Shown: in pieces, positions 34,964-39,429 of the stretch
Layout: each line of letters opens with the position of its first letter
Numbering within the stretch: the stretch's first letter is position 1
DNA from: Octopus bimaculoides
Taxonomy: Eukaryota
Assembly: GCF_001194135.2 (NCBI RefSeq)
Contig: NC_068992.1
Location: forward strand, 25,719,677 to 25,759,105
Direction of reading: 5' to 3'
Length of the DNA stretch: 39,429 bases
Translations under genes and position numbers: made by a program
The notes under the pieces: generated by a model
What the model was told of the DNA's origin: nothing
The model's input: only the letters and a program-made list of their open reading frames with translations
The model's database searches: none

Positions 34964-36707
34964 TATTTGAAATAGAATGGACCTGCCAGAAAACGATCCT
35001 TTATGTTGGAAAATAAGCTTGTTGCCACACTGCCATACTAGGTAGCGATTATTTTTGTAAATATAATAAAATATTAAATTAGATATCATCGAAATAACAT
35101 CGCCTTGCAACTTATTACAATCGTTCATACTTCAATACGGATGGACTTGTTTATCATTGTAATACATATTCGCTTCTTCTTTGTAAAAATTTCTGCATAT
35201 CCATCTTTGTAAATTTAGATTTTATTTAACTCTTTGACTGTTTTACTGTTACGATTTTTTTTTTTTTCGAATTTTATTTTCTGTTTGTGGAAAGAATTAC
35301 AATATGATCGAATCACTGTATTTCCGTTTTATAATTACAAATAGCTGTAGATCGTTTGGCGATAGGTGAACCACATCGATTTATGTGCGCAAGAATCACC
35401 GATACAAGATAATGATTACAATTTATTTCCATGTCGTTTCCAGACAAACCATACCGAAAACCATCATAATCCCCACCGCCTGCATCGTCGCTCCAACCAC
35501 CACCAACAGCTGCTGTATGTCATTTAACACCAGCAATATTACCGCCATTATTTCGTTATCAGTGACATCAACAAGAACTGCATCAATAGCAATAAAAGAC
35601 AACCACATATAAAACAGATCTAGCTCAAGCACGATGAAAACCAGCCAAAACGATAATTCTTCCTTCATCTCTGTTAGCGAGCTAAGATTTCATTACCACT
35701 TCTGCAAGGAAAAGCGTCGCCATGGCCAACGTCAACATCATCACCCACGCAACAGCCAAAAGAATATGACCATACAATTTGTATTTCTATTTGTCCCTTC
35801 TCACTTGCTCAACCTGCTAGAAATAACACTTACAATTCCTTTCAACAATATATCGCTTTAAAATATTACAGGATGATCAAGGCTGGAAGCTCTTTGATCA
35901 CAGGTCTAATCACTCATGCATGACCTTGGAAAGCAATAACGATAAAAACAACGACTTGTATTGTAATCATTTGTAGTACTGCTTGTATCGTATCTATCTT
36001 CACATCATCTACATCGCCAATTATATCACGGTAACGAAGGTATAGCACAAAATTCTCCACTTATGCTATTACAGATACCCCTCTTTCCATTACAATAGTT
36101 CGGTAAATCGACATAAAATAATGGAATCTCTTGAGATGCTTATCAAATTAGAAAATAATGAATTAATAGCGTTGTGTAAAAGAAAAGAAAAATGTAATTT
36201 GAAAGGAATATACACTACAAAAAATAAATGAATAAATGTAATTAAGAAAAAAATAATGAAACAAAGTGATTGATAAGGGTAAATACAAGAAACTAATCAA
36301 GCACGTTTCAATTGTGTGATGGGAGAGAAATAGCGAGGCATTGATTTCATGCTATATGAAACAAAAGCACACAAACAATCAACGAAAAAAATCAACAACA
36401 AAAAATTAAGACCACTTCAGTCGTCATAACGGAACGGGAAATGTTTAAGATAAGGCCAATTATTTGCAGAAATGCGCATTTATTTTCATTAAGCAATATA
36501 AAAGATCTCTTAGGATTCATAGAAATTAACGTAACAAATCATAAACTACAAACACTCAAGAAACGATTTACAATTATATTTTTATACTAACGACTTTTTT
36601 TGTTGTTGTTGTTTCGATTACTTACTGTTGAATGTTATAGCCAAACATATAAGCACGTGTGTAGGCATATATGTAGTTTACTGTACGTTAAGTGATCTTT
36701 CTGTGGA

Positions 36708-36866
36708 TTATTTTGTTTCTTCTTGGAGATTAGCTTTATTTGATATTTTACTGGAGATTGTCACATTGAATGGATCTGTAGATATCAACGTTGGGGGCTC
36801 TTCAAATGTCAAAGCATATTGAAACTCTTTGTTGAATCCAATGAAATTCTTTGTTTCTTCATGTTC
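36708..36866 (-). CDS. Candidate terminal coding exon of an unidentified gene
   Basis: Acceptor-like CCCTTATTTAAAACAG|G, then a phase-0 frame EHEETKNFIGFNKEFQYALTFEEPPTLISTDPFNVTISSKISNKANLQEETK*. No homologue recognised. Confidence 0.2.
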   Translation of the reverse strand, partial: EHEETKNFIGFNKEFQYALTFEEPPTLISTDPFNVTISSKISNKANLQEETK

Positions 36867-37011
36867 CTGTTTTAAATAAGGGTTTTGCATGCACTTCATA
36901 AATGATTAAGTAATTATTCATTTTGATCCAGTATCTCCGCTTTGTAAATAGCGATTAACAACGACAATAATGATAATGGAAAAAAAACAACTAACAATAA
37001 TATGTCACTGT

Positions 37012-37345
37012 GGGAGCTCGTGGTGGTTGGTCTAGATATAGTAGCGGGAAGCCGTATGGCTCATGAGGTAATGAACTTGATTCCCGGACAAGGCTGTGTG
37101 TTGTGTTATTTCACGTCGCTCCTATTAACTAAGCTGCAAAAATGAGTTGCGACGTCACTGGTGCCAGGCTGCATCGGCCTTTGCCTTTCCCTTGGATAAC
37201 ATCCGTGGCGAGGCGAAAGGAGGCTGGTATGCATGGGCAACTGCAGGTCTTCGTTAAAGAGCCTTACCCGGACTTGTGCCACGGGGGACAGTTTTCTAGG
37301 TACAATCCCATGTTCATTCATGACCGAAGGGGATATTTACCCTTT
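37012..37345 (+). mobile_element. tRNA-derived SINE (family E), decayed
   Basis: tRNA-like head with B-box relic TTGATTCCCGG, and core TGTGTTGTG..ATTTCACGT.GCTCC related to the 8109 copy. Confidence 0.65.
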
Positions 37346-37639
37346 GTGAAGAAACCTCTCCTTTATATGGAACTTCGAATTTCTCAGTAAAAGTACGATA
37401 TGCATCGTACAATATGATGAATGCGTAGCAACTTGTGACTGTTGGCCTAGAAACACTTGTCAACCTCCCTGGTATAAAACATCGAACTTTTGAAGAAGGT
37501 ACATCATTCATTGTATAGTATTGTGTGAAAAATACTGAACTTTCTTGTAATAATTACTAGCGTCATACATTAATGTGCATACTTTTCCTTGGGTGTCATA
37601 AAAATGAAATGCTTTTACTGGAATATATTTACTATCTCT

Positions 37640-37806
37640 TCTACTCTAGACACAAGGCCATAAATTTTGAGTACTTAATTTATTGACCCCGAAAGGTTGA
37701 AAGGCAAAGTCCACCTTGGTGGAATTTGAACTCAGAACATAAAAACAGACGAAATACCGCTAAGCATTTCGTCCGACGTACTATCGTTTCTACCAGCTCA
37801 CCGCCT
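37640..37806 (-). mobile_element. SINE family C, reverse orientation, internally deleted
   Basis: GACCCCGAAAGGTTGAAAGGCAAAGT..GGAATTTGAACTCAGAAC..CCGCTAAG matches the reverse complement of 24378-24575. Confidence 0.85.
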
Positions 37807-38639
37807 TGATATATTGACATGAGTTCTTCATTAAGGTGAAGGACTAAATATAAACTGGCAAACAAAACAACAATTTGTTGTGGAGAATTGATTTGGTTTA
37901 ATGGATGCCGGTATTTATTACTAGATATTTCCTCGACTGTAAACCAGTGCAACACATAACTGACCTCAAACAATTTCAAATGATACAGATGTGCCAATTA
38001 CATATTTCATACCAAGATTATTCGTATACCTAAGCATACAACTGCATTATGGCATACGAGAGGAAGGTATGTTCATCATTAACACACAAACACACGTATG
38101 TACGTATAAATAAATGTACGAACGTGTGTTTGGGTATTTGCCTAAAATCAGACGTCATGAAGGATTCATAAAATACTTTAAATAAAGTTTTTAGACATAC
38201 ATAATGTATTTTTTACGTCTACTGACACTCCGCATTATCCTTCAAGCTACCATACTAATTAGAATATAACAACAAATAATCAACTTACAAATTTAAAAAC
38301 AACAGTTAACGTAAGTTTTTCTCACTCCGAATGACTGCTAAATGTCATATTTGTACTAAATTATATTACTACACATTCTGCAAATTCGTCTCCATAGAGA
38401 ACCGAGATATAGTCATGTTACTCTAATGTAAACTTAGATAAAAGTATATGACGTATATACGATTGAGTAGAATAGAAGTCATTTAACAAACATGACTTAT
38501 ACATTGGTCAAGCAAGGTAGGTTATTATGCACAAAAGAGCGAAACGAAAACAAAAAATGTTTTCAAAAAATAAACATAATTATTAGATATTAATATTTCT
38601 TAGTAAGTAGAAGTAAGAGATGTGGATATATAGGATCAG

Positions 38640-39350
38640 CTGGTTGATATTGCGTCAAAATTTATCTCTTCAACATATTCTAAATATGTTCACTGCAGGT
38701 GCTACAGAGCAGAAAAGAAAAGCAGTGTGGAAACTGCTTCATTGCTCCTTTCTGGAAAAAAACCTGCCCAGCACTCTTTGCCCATTAGTGGAGCTACACT
38801 GGAGCAAGTAGAGATGTTCATATATCTCGAAAATATGTTTACGAGTGATGGAAGGCAGGGTTGAATTGGCGCTGTTGCAATAAGATGTAATCTTCAGCAC
38901 TCGGGTAACAAGAAAAGTGAACCAGGTTAAATACCAACCTCGCTAATGTCATTTTGGATAGAGTGCCTAGCCTCAATACGTACCACTAGATTCTATAGTA
39001 ACAGAAGGTGAATTATTGCAAATATATTGGGCTCGTAGAGGGTCCTTCCTAAAGCCATTGAACTGATGCTCAACTAAAAGATGCTTACCTTGGAGACCAT
39101 GGGTCTGCTCTAAGTCGAACCCCTACTTTTATGTATTCAGAAGGCCTAGTCCGATACAACGGGCCGTAGTTAGGATGTATGAAGAGGAACCACTAGAGAG
39201 ATTTATATGGGTAAGGCCATCCTCATACAGAGCCTTTGTTAAACTCTATTGGTGATTTAGCTAAATTATTTGTGGAATTTACTTCAGATAGTTCGAGCAT
39301 GAGCGTGCGACTGAAGACTCTACAGAGCTATTCTTGAAGGACACCATGTT
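38640..39350 (+). mobile_element. RTE-clade LINE RT C-terminal relic
   Basis: LLLSGKKPAQHSLPISGATLEQVEMFIYLENMFTSDGRQ matches RTE L.QVE.FKYLG..FTSDGR; VEPLLLCIQ resembles VEPLLL.IE. Many stops. Confidence 0.8.
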
Positions 39351-39386
39351 CGATGAATGATAGGTTTGATATATATGTATATATAC

Positions 39387-39417
<31 letters not shown>

Positions 39418-39429
39418 CATATATATATA

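Noticed and set aside
35450-35780. Thr/Ile/His/Gln-rich ORFs
   Set aside because: Decayed (ACC/ATC/AAC)n triplet tract.
37389-37499. Exon-like segment with a Cys-rich frame (ICIVQYDECVATCDCWPRNTC)
   Set aside because: That frame stops before the donor, the alternative frame has an internal TAG, and no family is recognised.

Overview
Eukaryotic, AT-rich, microsatellite-dense, gapped draft sequence with many N runs (e.g. 5955-6492, 7338-8090, 26006-26947, 30050-30799). The SINE families resemble Octopus (coleoid cephalopod) repeats; that is from memory, not a search. I recognise no host protein-coding gene. Most ORFs in the track are microsatellite or N-gap artefacts. The interpretable content is decayed mobile DNA: a Tc1 transposase, two RTE-type LINE relics, a Helitron relic, a Penelope-like element (PLE) GIY-YIG fragment with an inverted partial pseudo-LTR, an R4/Dong-type RLE retrotransposon tail, a CR1-type tail and many tRNA-derived SINEs. 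The most striking signal is RNA-level. At least three unrelated repeat families carry minimal type I hammerhead ribozyme (HHR) folds of the PLE kind. The best case is a head-to-head dimer of a tRNA-head/(AAT)n/HHR-tail SINE (18160-18778). It sits inside the PLE endonuclease ORF between an exact 12-bp target-site duplication (TSD), and an empty-site copy occurs in the same window. All translations, alignments and folds were done by eye.
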